A stretch of DNA of 64,000 nt from an uncultured Spirochaetota bacterium (GCA_963820525.1 CAWGAA010000001.1:2767465-2831464), one strand, 5' to 3'. Shown: positions 49,087 to 58,355, numbered from the stretch's first letter. A program made the numbers and translations. The notes: generated by a model not told the origin, from the sequence alone.

Positions 49087-49158
49087 CGGCGGCCGCGAAT
49101 ATGGACCTGCCAATCAGTCGTGCCGAGGATTAAACTATTGATAAGGGGAAGGTTCTCC

Positions 49159-50340
49159 ATGAAAAAGCCGATCTTGATTTGTTTTGTTTCCCTATTGATT
49201 GCGTATTCTGCGAGCAAGGACAATCAATCATCCGCGTCCGGGAATGGTCTGATTCCATTTCGCAAGGGCGATAAATGGGGTTACTGTGACGCAAGAAAAA
49301 AAGTGCTTGTTGCGCTGAAATATGACTTTGCAGCGCCATTCAGTGAAGGCTTGGCAGGGGTTGAGCTGGGCGGCAAGTGGGGATACATCGACAAGACCGG
49401 CATGGAAGTAGTCCCGCTGAAATACGACGCTGCAGCGTTCTTCAGCGAAGGCTTGTCGCGGGTTGAGCTGAGCGGCAAGTGGGGATACATCGACAGAATC
49501 GGCATGGAAATAGTCCCGCTGAAATATGACTTTGCAGCACCCTTCCGCGAAGGCTTGTCGCGGGTTGAGCTGGGCGGCAAGTGGGGATACATCGACAGAA
49601 TCGGCATGGAAGTAGTTCCGCCGGAATATGAAAGCGCATCGCCTTTCAGCGAAACTCTGGCACGGGTTGAGCTGGTGGGCAAGTGTGGATACATCGATAA
49701 GACCGGCACGGAAGTAATCCTGCTGAAATATGACAGTGCATCGCCTTTCAGCGAAGGTCTGGCAGGGGTTGAGCTGGGCGGCAAGTGGGGATACATCGAC
49801 AAAACTGGCATGGAAGTAGTCTCGCTAAAATATCACAGTGCATCGCCTTTCAGCGAAGGTCTGGCGCTTGTTGAGCTGGGCGGCAAGTGCGGATACATCG
49901 ACAAAACTGGCACGGAAGTAGTTCCGCTGAAATATGACGATGCATTGGCTTTTAGCGACGGCTTGGCGCTAGTTGAGCTGGGAGGCAAGTTTGGATACAT
50001 CGACAAAACCGGCACGGAAGTAGTCCCGCTGAAATATGATATTGCATACAATTTCATCGACGGCCTGGCGCCTGCAAATCTGGGCGACAAGTGGGGATAC
50101 ATCGACAAAACCGGCGCGGAAGCAGTCCCGCTGAAATATGACGATGTATTGGCTTTCAGTGACGGCCTGGCGCTTATTGAGCTGGGAGGCAAGTGGGGAT
50201 ACATCGACAAAACCGGCATGGAAGTAGTCCCGGCAAAATATCACAGTGCATCGCCTTTCAGCCAAGGTCTCGCGCTTGTTGAGCTGGGAGGCAAGTGGGG
50301 ATACATCGACAAAACAGGTACTGAATATTGGGAGAATTAA
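49159..50340 (+). CDS. WG (KWG)-repeat secreted protein
   Basis: ATG at 49159 (MKKPILICFVSLLIAYSAS signal-like N-terminus). Eleven consecutive 34-aa units containing G-K-W-G-Y-I-D. Confidence 0.85.
   Translation: MKKPILICFVSLLIAYSASKDNQSSASGNGLIPFRKGDKWGYCDARKKVLVALKYDFAAPFSEGLAGVELGGKWGYIDKTGMEVVPLKYDAAAFFSEGLSRVELSGKWGYIDRIGMEIVPLKYDFAAPFREGLSRVELGGKWGYIDRIGMEVVPPEYESASPFSETLARVELVGKCGYIDKTGTEVILLKYDSASPFSEGLAGVELGGKWGYIDKTGMEVVSLKYHSASPFSEGLALVELGGKCGYIDKTGTEVVPLKYDDALAFSDGLALVELGGKFGYIDKTGTEVVPLKYDIAYNFIDGLAPANLGDKWGYIDKTGAEAVPLKYDDVLAFSDGLALIELGGKWGYIDKTGMEVVPAKYHSASPFSQGLALVELGGKWGYIDKTGTEYWEN
49267..50337 (+). repeat. In-frame tandem array, about 11 units of 102 bp (WG repeats)
   Basis: ggcaagtgg recurs at 49372 and 49474 (period 102 nt). 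Units diverge mainly at a few codons (W/C/F in KWGY; A/S in the linker). Confidence 0.85.
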
Positions 50341-50556
50341 AATAGGTCTGGACCTTGGGAAACGCTCCGAGAGTGGCCGTAGTGCGTATTGTGGTGAAGA
50401 AGCCACTTTTTCACTTATGTCATCTCTCACACTTAACTGCGTAGACCGCTCGAAAAAAGCCACATCTGAAAGCGCCGCGTTGTCAACCTTCATTGTGCAG
50501 GCGATCAGGCATGGGTATCCCGTCATGATTCATCAGTCCGCGGGCGCGTTTGGGGG

Positions 50557-51402
50557 TCAGGTGCGCGCGCCCATCCTGTTTCCGGACTCATAGACGCGAA
50601 GCCCCAGCCTGAACACGGCAACGGAGACTGCCGCAATGAGGGCGTCTGCCGCCGTGACCATGAGGAGGGTGGCCGCATCAAAGGAGCGGAAAAGCCGCGC
50701 GGGTATGTAGGCCACAAGCGCCGCGGGGATGATGGTGTGAAGCACCCAGGATGCGGGTCCGTCAAAGATGCTTCCCGGGTACAGCATGAAGTTGAGCACA
50801 AGGTCTGATGCCGTGGAGGCGAACTCCTCGGCGTTTCCCAGGAAGAAAGACAGGCTGTGGTACAGGATCCGCATGCTCACAAGGACTACCGCGCCCAGGA
50901 TGCTGAAAACGGCGAACAGGCCCAGGCGGGGGAGGGTGATCTGCTGGGTGAGGGCGAAAAGCACAAGGCCGAAAAGCAGGTCCCCCCAGCCGGAAATGCT
51001 CATGCGGGAGGACAGGAAATTGAACAGCACGGGCCTGGGCTGAAGCAGGTACACATCAAGCTCTCCCGTGGTTATGGCGCGGGACAGGTAGCGCGCGTTT
51101 TCCAGGAACACGGCGGCCAATCCGAAAGCAACGGAGGACAACGCCCAGAGGAACATGACGTCAGAAAACGCGTAGCCTTTGATGTCCTGGAGCCTGCCGT
51201 AGAGGATCCACCAAAAGACTATGAACGATGCGTTGTTCAGCACCATGCCGACAACCTGCATGAGGAACGATGCGCGGTATTCCATGCCGGCGCTCAGGTT
51301 GAAGCGCACGTAGTGTCCAAACAGGCCCAAAGAGCGGCCCGCCCGGCGCGCCGCCCTTTGGGCCATGAGCCTTGCGGAACTGCCGCCTGCGTCAGCCGCC
51401 AT
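50557..51402 (-). CDS. ABC-2-type exporter permease (DUF990-like)
   Basis: The ATG at 51402 is preceded by GGAGGA at 9 nt. Six hydrophobic segments. 11-nt overlap with the upstream permease gene. Confidence 0.7.
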   Translation of the reverse strand: MAADAGGSSARLMAQRAARRAGRSLGLFGHYVRFNLSAGMEYRASFLMQVVGMVLNNASFIVFWWILYGRLQDIKGYAFSDVMFLWALSSVAFGLAAVFLENARYLSRAITTGELDVYLLQPRPVLFNFLSSRMSISGWGDLLFGLVLFALTQQITLPRLGLFAVFSILGAVVLVSMRILYHSLSFFLGNAEEFASTASDLVLNFMLYPGSIFDGPASWVLHTIIPAALVAYIPARLFRSFDAATLLMVTAADALIAAVSVAVFRLGLRVYESGNRMGART

Positions 51403-52174
51403 TGGCGTGGATCCTCCGCTTGCCCAGACTGAAGAGCCCCACGGCCGCCGCGCCCAAAACAAAAATGTAGATGAAGGCGCCGGAAAGGCCGGTCAGGAAC
51501 GTCTGGGTGCTGAACCTGACCATGGTGGCAGCCGGCCAATACGCTGAAAACGCAAAGGGCAGGAAACGCGCCACAGCGGCCAGCCCTTTGGGGAAGAGAT
51601 CAATGGGGATGAACATCCCGCCCAGGATGAACACCAGCTTCTGCATTATCCAGAACATGGGGGAAACCTCCTCCGTCCAGAACGCCAGGAGGCCGATGGC
51701 CAGGACCCACAGGTTTCCGACAATGAGCCCGCACAGAATGAGGAGCAGGCCAAAGGGCAGGCTGTGGAAATATCCGGGCAGAGGTCCCACAAAGATCAGG
51801 GCCAGGATGAAGCCCAAGAGCATGATGGGGACCATCTTCACGGCGCTTTCCCCCATGGAGCGGAACAGGTGGAACGCCACGTAGGAATAGGGACGGCAGA
51901 GGTTTACGCTCACCGTCCCGTCCTTGACCTCCTCCTGGATCTGGATGTGCAGGCGGCTGCGGGAAAGCTCCACGGTCTCCGTGAAGGTCAGGTACCAGAG
52001 CGTCTGCGTGAGCGTGAACCCCTCCAGCGCTGCCCGGCCGGAGAAGATGACGCGCCACAGGGAGTAGAACGTGAACATGATGAAGACGAAAAGGACATTG
52101 CGCGCCAGGAAGGCGGGCATGTAGATGAGCTGGTCCCGCGCGGCATAGGCGAAGATGCGCAGGTATTTCTTCAC
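51392..52174 (-). CDS. ABC-2-type exporter permease (DUF990-like)
   Basis: 260 aa. GTG start overlaps the stop of the ATPase gene (GTGA). Multi-TM. Confidence 0.75.
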   Translation of the reverse strand: MKKYLRIFAYAARDQLIYMPAFLARNVLFVFIMFTFYSLWRVIFSGRAALEGFTLTQTLWYLTFTETVELSRSRLHIQIQEEVKDGTVSVNLCRPYSYVAFHLFRSMGESAVKMVPIMLLGFILALIFVGPLPGYFHSLPFGLLLILCGLIVGNLWVLAIGLLAFWTEEVSPMFWIMQKLVFILGGMFIPIDLFPKGLAAVARFLPFAFSAYWPAATMVRFSTQTFLTGLSGAFIYIFVLGAAAVGLFSLGKRRIHANGG

Positions 52175-52879
52175 CGCCCGGCTCCATAGATCATGGTGAT
52201 GATCTCTTCCATGGGGGGATTGGAAATGGTCATGTCTACGACCTTGTTGTCGCGCATGATGCGAGAAATGACCTCCTCCATGTCCGCCCGCTCCTGGTCC
52301 ACCTCGAGCTTCGCGGAATACTCCCTGTTTTTCAGGATCTACACGCCGGGGATGTCCAGGGAGAGGGGGGATTCCAGCTTCAGGTCTATGATCTTCCGCT
52401 TCAGGAACGAGTACTTCATGTTCTTGATGGAATCATCCCAGACCACGCGGCCGTGGTTGATGACAATGGCGCGCCTGCAGATCTTTTCTATGTCTCCCGC
52501 GTCGTGGGAGGTGAGAAAGATCGTGGTCTTTTTTTCTTCATTGATGCGCCTGATCAGGTCCCGGATGGTCTGCCTGACCACAATGTCAAGGCCGATGGTG
52601 GGCTCGTCCAGGAACAGGATCTGAGGCTCGTGCAGAAGGGAGGCGGCAATCTCGCATCGCATGCGCTCCCCCAGGGAAAGCCTTCGAACAGGGGTTTTCA
52701 GATACTCCCGGATCCCGAAAAGCTCCGTCAGCTCCTCTATCCGTTTGCTCGCCTGCCGTGGGTCAACCTCGTAGATGTCCGCCAGGAGCTTCAGCGAATC
52801 AAGCGGCGGAAGGTGGAACCAGAGCTGTGACCTCTGGCCAAAGACGGTGCCGATCCTGTACGCCAGCGCGCGCCGCTTC
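52171..52879 (-). pseudogene. ABC transporter ATP-binding protein, C-terminal fragment (split by IS, plus in-frame TAG)
   Basis: Signature LSLGERMR, Walker B ILFLDEPT and H-loop LTSHD. In-frame TAG at 52339..52341 (..LDIPGV*ILKNREYSAKLEVD..MEEIITMIYGAGR*). Confidence 0.85.
52871..52879. repeat. 9-bp target-site duplication (left) CGCCGCTTC
   Basis: Identical 9-mer at 54499..54507, directly abutting both IS ends. Confidence 0.85.
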
Positions 52880-54498
52880 GGGATATAACCGAATCTTGTG
52901 GGTGGACAGGGAATAAAAAGAGCGTATCCTTCGGTGAAACCAAGCACAACCAAGGAATCACCGATTGGAGGACACGCTCATGGACGAAACTATCACATCC
53001 GGGCTGAAAATCGAAGGGGGCAATTCCCAGGAATTGTTGGAGCAGTTGGTCCGCTCTGGCGCGCGCAGTGCCCTGCAGGCGGCGCTGGAGGAAGAAGTCA
53101 ATCAGTTCCTGCAAAAGTTCACGCACTTGCGAGACGAGAAAGGGCACCGGAAGGCGGTGCGCAACGGCTACATGCCCCCGCGGACCATCCTCAGCGGGGT
53201 CGGGCCACTGCCGATCCGTCAACCGCGCGTGGACGATCGCGGGCTTCGCGATATCGAAGGGGGCGAACGATTCTCCAGCAGGATCCTGCCGCGCTTCATG
53301 CGCAAGATGCCGAGCCTGGAGGGGTTGATCCCGGTGCTGTACCTGAAGGGCATCTCCACGGGGGACTTCAGCGAAGCTTTGGCTGCGATCCTGGGCGAAG
53401 GGGCCAAGGGGCTGTCGGCCTCGACGATCACGCGGCTGAAGGAGGGGTGGCTGGAGGAGCACACGCAGTGGAGCAGCCGGGGCCTGGAGGACAAGGAGTA
53501 CGTGTACCTGTGGGCGGACGGCATCTACGTCAACGTGCGTCTGGATGACGAACGCAGTTGTCTGCTGGTGCTCATCGGGGCCACACGGGAGGGCAAGAAG
53601 GAGCTGGTGGCCGTCAGCGACGGCTATCGCGAGAGTAAGGCCAGCTGGCGGGAGATGCTGCTGGACCTGAAGGCCCGGGGGCTGAGAATGGCAGGAAAAC
53701 TGGTCATTGGGGATGGGGCGCTGGGATTCTGGGCAGCGGCCGAGGAGGTGTTCCCGGGGATGAAGCACCAACGCTGCTGGGTGCACAAGACCGCCAACGT
53801 TCTGGACAAGCTGCCCAAGGGGGTTCAGTCGAAGGCCAAGGCGATGCTTCACGCCATGTATCAGGCCGAGACGAAGGAGGCGGCACTGAAGGCGTATCGT
53901 TTGTTCATCGGCTGCTTTAGGGACAAGTACCCCAAGGCCGTGGAATGCCTGGAGAAGGACGAGCAGGCCCTTTTCACGTTCTACGAGTTTCCCGCGGCGC
54001 ACTGGCTTCACATACGAACGACCAACCCCATCGAGTCCACGTTCGCGACGGTGAGGCTTCGCACGGCGAAGACCAAGGGGTGCGGATCGCGGGCGGCCAC
54101 CCTGTCGATGGTGTTCAAGCTCTGCCGGGAGGCGGAGAAGAGCTGGCGGGGTCTGGACGGGGCAAAGTGGATCCCGATGGTGCTGGAGGGCAAGCGTTTC
54201 ATCGACGGAGAGCTCAAGGAGGACGTCGCGTAGCGGCATCCGTCAGCCACCCGGGGCTGGGAAGATCGGCGGCGAACAGGATGGCTGCAAATCGTCGTGA
54301 GGATGTTCGACGAGTCATCGACTGAAAAATCGTGCGTCGTGGTGGGCCTACAACGCATTTGCGAAGGCCAGTTGGTATCTGTACACCCCCTCTACGGCGC
54401 CCGGTCTCGAGGAAAGGAGGGCATAGGGGTCAACAGCAGTTTCGAAATCATCGTTGGATACGCTCGCAATCCTGATCCACAAGAATTGACAATATCCC
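52880..54498 (+). mobile_element. IS256-family insertion sequence (1619 bp)
   Basis: Imperfect terminal inverted repeats: GGGATATAACCGAATCTTGTGG (left) versus the reverse complement of the right end, GGGATATTGTCAATTCTTGTGG. Single transposase ORF. Flanked by a 9-bp TSD. Removing the element and one TSD copy restores the ABC ATPase frame (..DPHRKRRALAYRIG..). Confidence 0.88.
52980..54233 (+). CDS. IS256-family (Mutator-type) transposase
   Basis: Track start 52965 is TTG. The ATG at 52980 lies 9 nt after GGAGG. ..LWADGIYVNVR..QRCWVHKTANVLDKLPK..NPIESTFATVRLRT.. are typical IS256 transposase motifs. Confidence 0.9.
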   Translation: MDETITSGLKIEGGNSQELLEQLVRSGARSALQAALEEEVNQFLQKFTHLRDEKGHRKAVRNGYMPPRTILSGVGPLPIRQPRVDDRGLRDIEGGERFSSRILPRFMRKMPSLEGLIPVLYLKGISTGDFSEALAAILGEGAKGLSASTITRLKEGWLEEHTQWSSRGLEDKEYVYLWADGIYVNVRLDDERSCLLVLIGATREGKKELVAVSDGYRESKASWREMLLDLKARGLRMAGKLVIGDGALGFWAAAEEVFPGMKHQRCWVHKTANVLDKLPKGVQSKAKAMLHAMYQAETKEAALKAYRLFIGCFRDKYPKAVECLEKDEQALFTFYEFPAAHWLHIRTTNPIESTFATVRLRTAKTKGCGSRAATLSMVFKLCREAEKSWRGLDGAKWIPMVLEGKRFIDGELKEDVA

Positions 54499-54507
54499 CG
54501 CCGCTTC
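54499..54507. repeat. 9-bp target-site duplication (right) CGCCGCTTC
   Basis: See 52871..52879. Confidence 0.85.
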
Positions 54508-54779
54508 CTGTGCGGGTCCAACCCCAGCACCTCTATTGACCCCGAGGTGGGGTAAAGAATCCCCGTGATGAGCTTGATGGTTGTGGATTTGCCCGCTCCG
54601 TTCGGCCCAATGAACGCAAGGATCTCTCCGGGCTCTACGGAGAAGCTGATTCCGTCCACGGCGCGCACGGTCCGGTATGAGGGGGAGAAGATTGACTTTA
54701 TGGAGCCTGATAATCCGGGCAGTTTTTCCTTGACGCGGAAGACCTTGGTCAGATCCCTGACTTTCAGCGCTGGTTCCAT
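54499..54779 (-). pseudogene. ABC transporter ATP-binding protein, N-terminal fragment
   Basis: MEPALKVRDLTKVF...Walker A GPNGAGKSTT...EVLGLDPHRKRR, then the reading runs into the IS end. Confidence 0.85.
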
Positions 54780-54952
54780 AGCGGATGATACAAGAGAAGA
54801 AAGGGGGGATCAAGCAGCTTGTGGAAGGGGCCTTTGCAATAGCTCTATAGCGGGCCTGGGTTTTACATATCTCTTGACAGACAGGGATTCTTATTATACT
54901 TTTCTCCTAAAAAGTATAATAAGCAATGTTGATTGATAATAAGGTATAACAA

Positions 54953-56107
54953 ATGCAGCCAAATGACTTTGCTCGTAGCACCAGCGGAAGGCTCATTCAT
55001 TTGCCGCAGGATTATTGGGCATTCATTCCCAATCCACTGGAACCTCAAATAACATTCAGCCTGCCGTTTGCGCAGGAGCTTTCTGAAGCCAATAGGGTGC
55101 TGGGTGAACTGGCAGGTATTGCCAGGACTCTTCCAAATCTTCATTTATTGATTGGCCCTTTCATCCGCAGGGAAGCCGTGCTTTCAAGCAGAATTGAAGG
55201 GACGCAGGCTTCCTTGTCTGATCTTCTTTTCTTTGAAGCGGCAAACCTCAGGTTGAAAGAAGTACCGGATGTCAAAGAAGTCTCCAACTATGTCCAGGCT
55301 TTGACCTATGGCCTTGACCGTTTGAAAGACCTTCCCATTTCCCTCCGCCTGATCCGGGAGCTTCATGAGCGCTTGATGCGGGATGTCCGGGGAGAGACGC
55401 AGACTCCCGGCGAGTTTCGACGCTCTCAGAACTGGATTGGCCCGGCAGGGTGCCCGCTTTCAGATGCGGCTTTCGTACCGCCTCCAGTGGAAGAAATGAA
55501 CGCGGCGCTTGATCTTTTTGAAAAGTATCTCCCTGCGTCCTCCGATATGCCTGAGCTTGTCAGGCTTTCCCTGATCCATTATCAGTTTGAGGCAATTCAT
55601 CCATTTTTTGACGGAAATGGCCGGATTGGCAGATTGCTGATCACTCTCCTTATGTGCTCCTACAACCTGCTTTCGAAGCCCCTGTTGTACCTCAGCCCCT
55701 ATTTTGAACAGCAGAGGGACGAGTATTACTCTCTTTTGCTTGCAGTAAGCCAGAAGGGCTCATGGGAAGATTGGATCAGGTTCTTTATTCATGCGGTTGC
55801 CGTGCAATCTCGAGACGCCATCAAAAGGTCGGATCTGCTTCTTCACCTCAGGCAAGAGTACCATTCGCGCATGCAGAAAGCCCGTGCTTCCGCATTGCTC
55901 CTCAGAATGGTGGACAAGCTGTTTGTCAGCCCCGCTTTGACGAATCCCGGCGTAGCGCGGGAGATGAAAATAACCCCCAGATCAGCCCAGCTGAATTTGG
56001 ACAAGCTTGTTCGTGAAGGAATCATACGTGAGGCAACAGGGCAAATGCGAAAACGTGTGTACGTTGCGCCACGGATCATTGAAATCCTTGAGAAGTTGGA
56101 TGTGTAG
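54953..56107 (+). CDS. Fic-family protein (class II, N-terminal inhibitory helix)
   Basis: 384 aa. Fic motif HPFFDGNGRIGR. Upstream SSRIEG fits the [ST]xxxE[GN] autoinhibition motif. C-terminal wHTH-like region. Confidence 0.88.
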   Translation: MQPNDFARSTSGRLIHLPQDYWAFIPNPLEPQITFSLPFAQELSEANRVLGELAGIARTLPNLHLLIGPFIRREAVLSSRIEGTQASLSDLLFFEAANLRLKEVPDVKEVSNYVQALTYGLDRLKDLPISLRLIRELHERLMRDVRGETQTPGEFRRSQNWIGPAGCPLSDAAFVPPPVEEMNAALDLFEKYLPASSDMPELVRLSLIHYQFEAIHPFFDGNGRIGRLLITLLMCSYNLLSKPLLYLSPYFEQQRDEYYSLLLAVSQKGSWEDWIRFFIHAVAVQSRDAIKRSDLLLHLRQEYHSRMQKARASALLLRMVDKLFVSPALTNPGVAREMKITPRSAQLNLDKLVREGIIREATGQMRKRVYVAPRIIEILEKLDV

Positions 56108-56397
56108 CCGCTGGTCAACGTGAGGAATGTGCCCATCCAGGGGCGTTGCGGGGGCGGAGCCCCCGCAGAGGGGGTAGTGGAGGACGCAAGCCGGGGAGGT
56201 GCAAGGAGGGAGCTACCCTTCCGCTGCGGCCGCACTGCTGTGAAAGCTGCCCCCCCTGGCTTGCGGCCGGAGCGAGGGGGAGACTTCCCCCTCCTGCCCC
56301 CTGTCACAAACCGGTCCCACCATTCGTTATTACATTGGAGACGGCCCCTTGGGCAGCCAGATCATCTGGAGTGCGCCGGTTGGCAAGGAGAATGCGC

Positions 56398-56961
56398 ATG
56401 ACAAGATTGAGTGTCTTCAACAGCATCACCTTGGATGGATATTTCTGCGGCCCGGATGGCGATTTGAGCTGGGGTTATAGCCCGGATGCGGAATGGCAGA
56501 GCTTTGTGGAGGGGAACGCCAGGGGCGGAGGGGCTCTGCTCTTTGGCAGGGTGACCTAAGATCACATGGCAAGCTTCTGGCCGACGCCGGCCGCGGCCAA
56601 GTCATATCCGGTTGTCGCGGAGCGGATGAACAGCATGCGGAAGTTCGTGTTCTCAAAAACCCTGGACAAGGCAACGTGGAGCAACACGACGCTTTTGAAG
56701 GGGAACATTTCCGCGGAAGTGCAGAAGATGAAAAAGGAATTTAAGGAAGATATTGCCATCCTGGGAAGCGGGAGCATTGTTTCCCAGTTGGCGCAGGAAG
56801 GGTTGATAGACGAGCTCCAGTTTGCCCTGTTCCCCATTGTCCTTGGCAAGGGACGGTCGATGTTTGAAGGCGTCAAAGGGAAGCTTTCTCTAAAGCTGGT
56901 GCGGACCCGCACATTCAAGAACGGGAATGTCCTTCTAACCTACGAGCCGGTGAGGGCGTGA
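56398..56961 (+). pseudogene. RibD-C/dihydrofolate-reductase-like family gene with in-frame TAA
   Basis: MTRLSVFNSITLDGYF...LLFGRVT*DHMASFWPTP... The TAA at 56557..56559 sits where the intact paralogue 58641..59219 has Tyr (LGRLTYESFAGSWP). AAGGAG SD lies 7 nt before ATG 56398. Confidence 0.8.
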
Positions 56962-56966
56962 TCGAC

Positions 56967-57449
56967 CTAGAACCTTTTACGTATGAGAGCCGCCAGCTGC
57001 CCGGCCCGCTCTTCCACGCGGTCGTTTCTGGAGGCGGAGCTGACCGCGTCCACCTTGATGTCCGGCTTGGACCATTCAGGCATTGGATCTTCCGTGCCCC
57101 GCGTGAAGAAGACGATCACCTTCGCGTTCATGGGATCTTTTCCCAAGAACCTGCTCACCCGTGCATCGATCCGGCCCGCCTTGAATGCGGTCACCAGGAG
57201 GACGGCCCCGTATTGCCCGGTTTCCTGCCCCTCCAAGCGATCCAGGCCGACGACTCTGAAATACCAATCCGTGGTCCCCAGCGTCCCGATCAGCTTTGCG
57301 ACGACTTCTTCCTTGAATGCGCTGCTCTCTCCGGCTATGAGCACTTTTTTCTGCGCGTCGCTATTGCCGCTTTCACGCGGCGTCATGTTTGACGTGCAGC
57401 CAAGAATCAGGAACAACCCGAAGAGACCCAAAGCCGCTACTTTCAGCAT
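56967..57449 (-). CDS. Hypothetical lipoprotein
   Basis: 160 aa. Signal peptide plus LILGC lipobox. No catalytic motif recognised. Confidence 0.6.
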   Translation of the reverse strand: MLKVAALGLFGLFLILGCTSNMTPRESGNSDAQKKVLIAGESSAFKEEVVAKLIGTLGTTDWYFRVVGLDRLEGQETGQYGAVLLVTAFKAGRIDARVSRFLGKDPMNAKVIVFFTRGTEDPMPEWSKPDIKVDAVSSASRNDRVEERAGQLAALIRKRF

Positions 57450-57557
57450 GAGAACGCCTCCTTCCCGCCGGCCCTGCGAGGTACAATCCTACAGCATGTC
57501 TCCGGCGCGGACAACCGGACGCTTGACTGTCCTGAAAAGGGGCGGGTATGGTGACGC

Positions 57558-58355
57558 ATGTTCCCGCCAGATTACCACATGCACACCCGCTTCTCTGGAG
57601 ACAACACTTCAGAGATGGAGGAGATGTGTCGTGCCGCGATTGCCGCCGGGATTGCGGAGATCGCTTTCACCGAGCATTTCGACGTAAACCCCAAGGAGCC
57701 CCTTCACGGACGGTTTCCCCTGGAAGCATGGGCCGCTGAATTGAAACGGTGCCGCAGGCTTTTTGCCGGCAGGCTCGTCATACGCGCGGGCCTTGAAGCG
57801 GGAGAGCCGCATACCGCGCCGGAGGAAGTGGCCGCACTCGTCGCGCGGTATCCCTTTGACTTCGTGATGGGGTCCGTGCATTGGGTCCGAGATCAGATTG
57901 TCTTCGATACCGGCTTCTTTCAAAGGCCCGCGGATGAAGCGTTTCGCGAGTACTTCCAGGAGACGGAGCGCATGGCGCGCACGGCAGATATCCAGGTCCT
58001 TGGCCACCTGGATGTCGCGGCCCGCGTTGGATATGAGGTGTACGGGGTGTATGATCCCCGCGCCTATGAAGAGCTGATCCGCTCCATCCTTCGCGCCTGC
58101 ATCCAACGCGGCATTGTACCTGAAATCAATGCGGGCGCCGTGCGGCGCAGCCTTGGCCGTCTCATGCCCGGGCTGGAAACGCTCCAGTGGTATGTCGAGC
58201 TTGGCGGGGATCGGGTTGTCGTGGGCTCCGACGCCCATAGACCCGAGCAGGTCGGGATGAGCCTGGACAAGGCCATGGAGGCGGCCCGGGCCGCGGGTGT
58301 GAGGTACCTTGTCAGGTTTGAAGGGCAACAGGCAACCACGTTTCCCCTGAAGTGA
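57558..58355 (+). CDS. PHP-family histidinol-phosphatase-like protein
   Basis: 265 aa. N-terminal DYHMHTRFSGD and later GHLD and GSDAH metal-ligand motifs of the HisJ/HisK PHP family. Confidence 0.8.
   Translation: MFPPDYHMHTRFSGDNTSEMEEMCRAAIAAGIAEIAFTEHFDVNPKEPLHGRFPLEAWAAELKRCRRLFAGRLVIRAGLEAGEPHTAPEEVAALVARYPFDFVMGSVHWVRDQIVFDTGFFQRPADEAFREYFQETERMARTADIQVLGHLDVAARVGYEVYGVYDPRAYEELIRSILRACIQRGIVPEINAGAVRRSLGRLMPGLETLQWYVELGGDRVVVGSDAHRPEQVGMSLDKAMEAARAAGVRYLVRFEGQQATTFPLK

Noticed and set aside
49267-50337. Regularly spaced repeats considered as a CRISPR-like array
   Set aside because: The period is 102 nt with no unique spacers. The whole array is one open reading frame encoding WG repeats.
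52791-54239. 482-aa minus-strand ORF across the IS element
   Set aside because: Antisense to the IS256 transposase, which has clear family motifs. Low-complexity Arg/Pro/Leu/Gln composition.
56108-56397. GC-rich 290-nt spacer with a perfect 8-bp hairpin (56274..56293, GAGGGGGA-gact-TCCCCCTC), considered as a terminator or riboswitch
   Set aside because: There is no T-tract after the stem and no conserved riboswitch core that I can recognise. Overlapping track ORFs are Arg/Gly/Pro shadow frames. Left uncalled.
17353-56559. Stop-codon recoding (pyrrolysine, amber suppression or programmed read-through) as an explanation for the in-frame stops
   Set aside because: Two of the four stops are TAA, not TAG. 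TAG also serves as the apparent natural terminator of the chemoreceptor gene (1531..1533) and the creatininase-family gene (10580..10582). No pyl-type genes or recoding signals were recognisable in the window.
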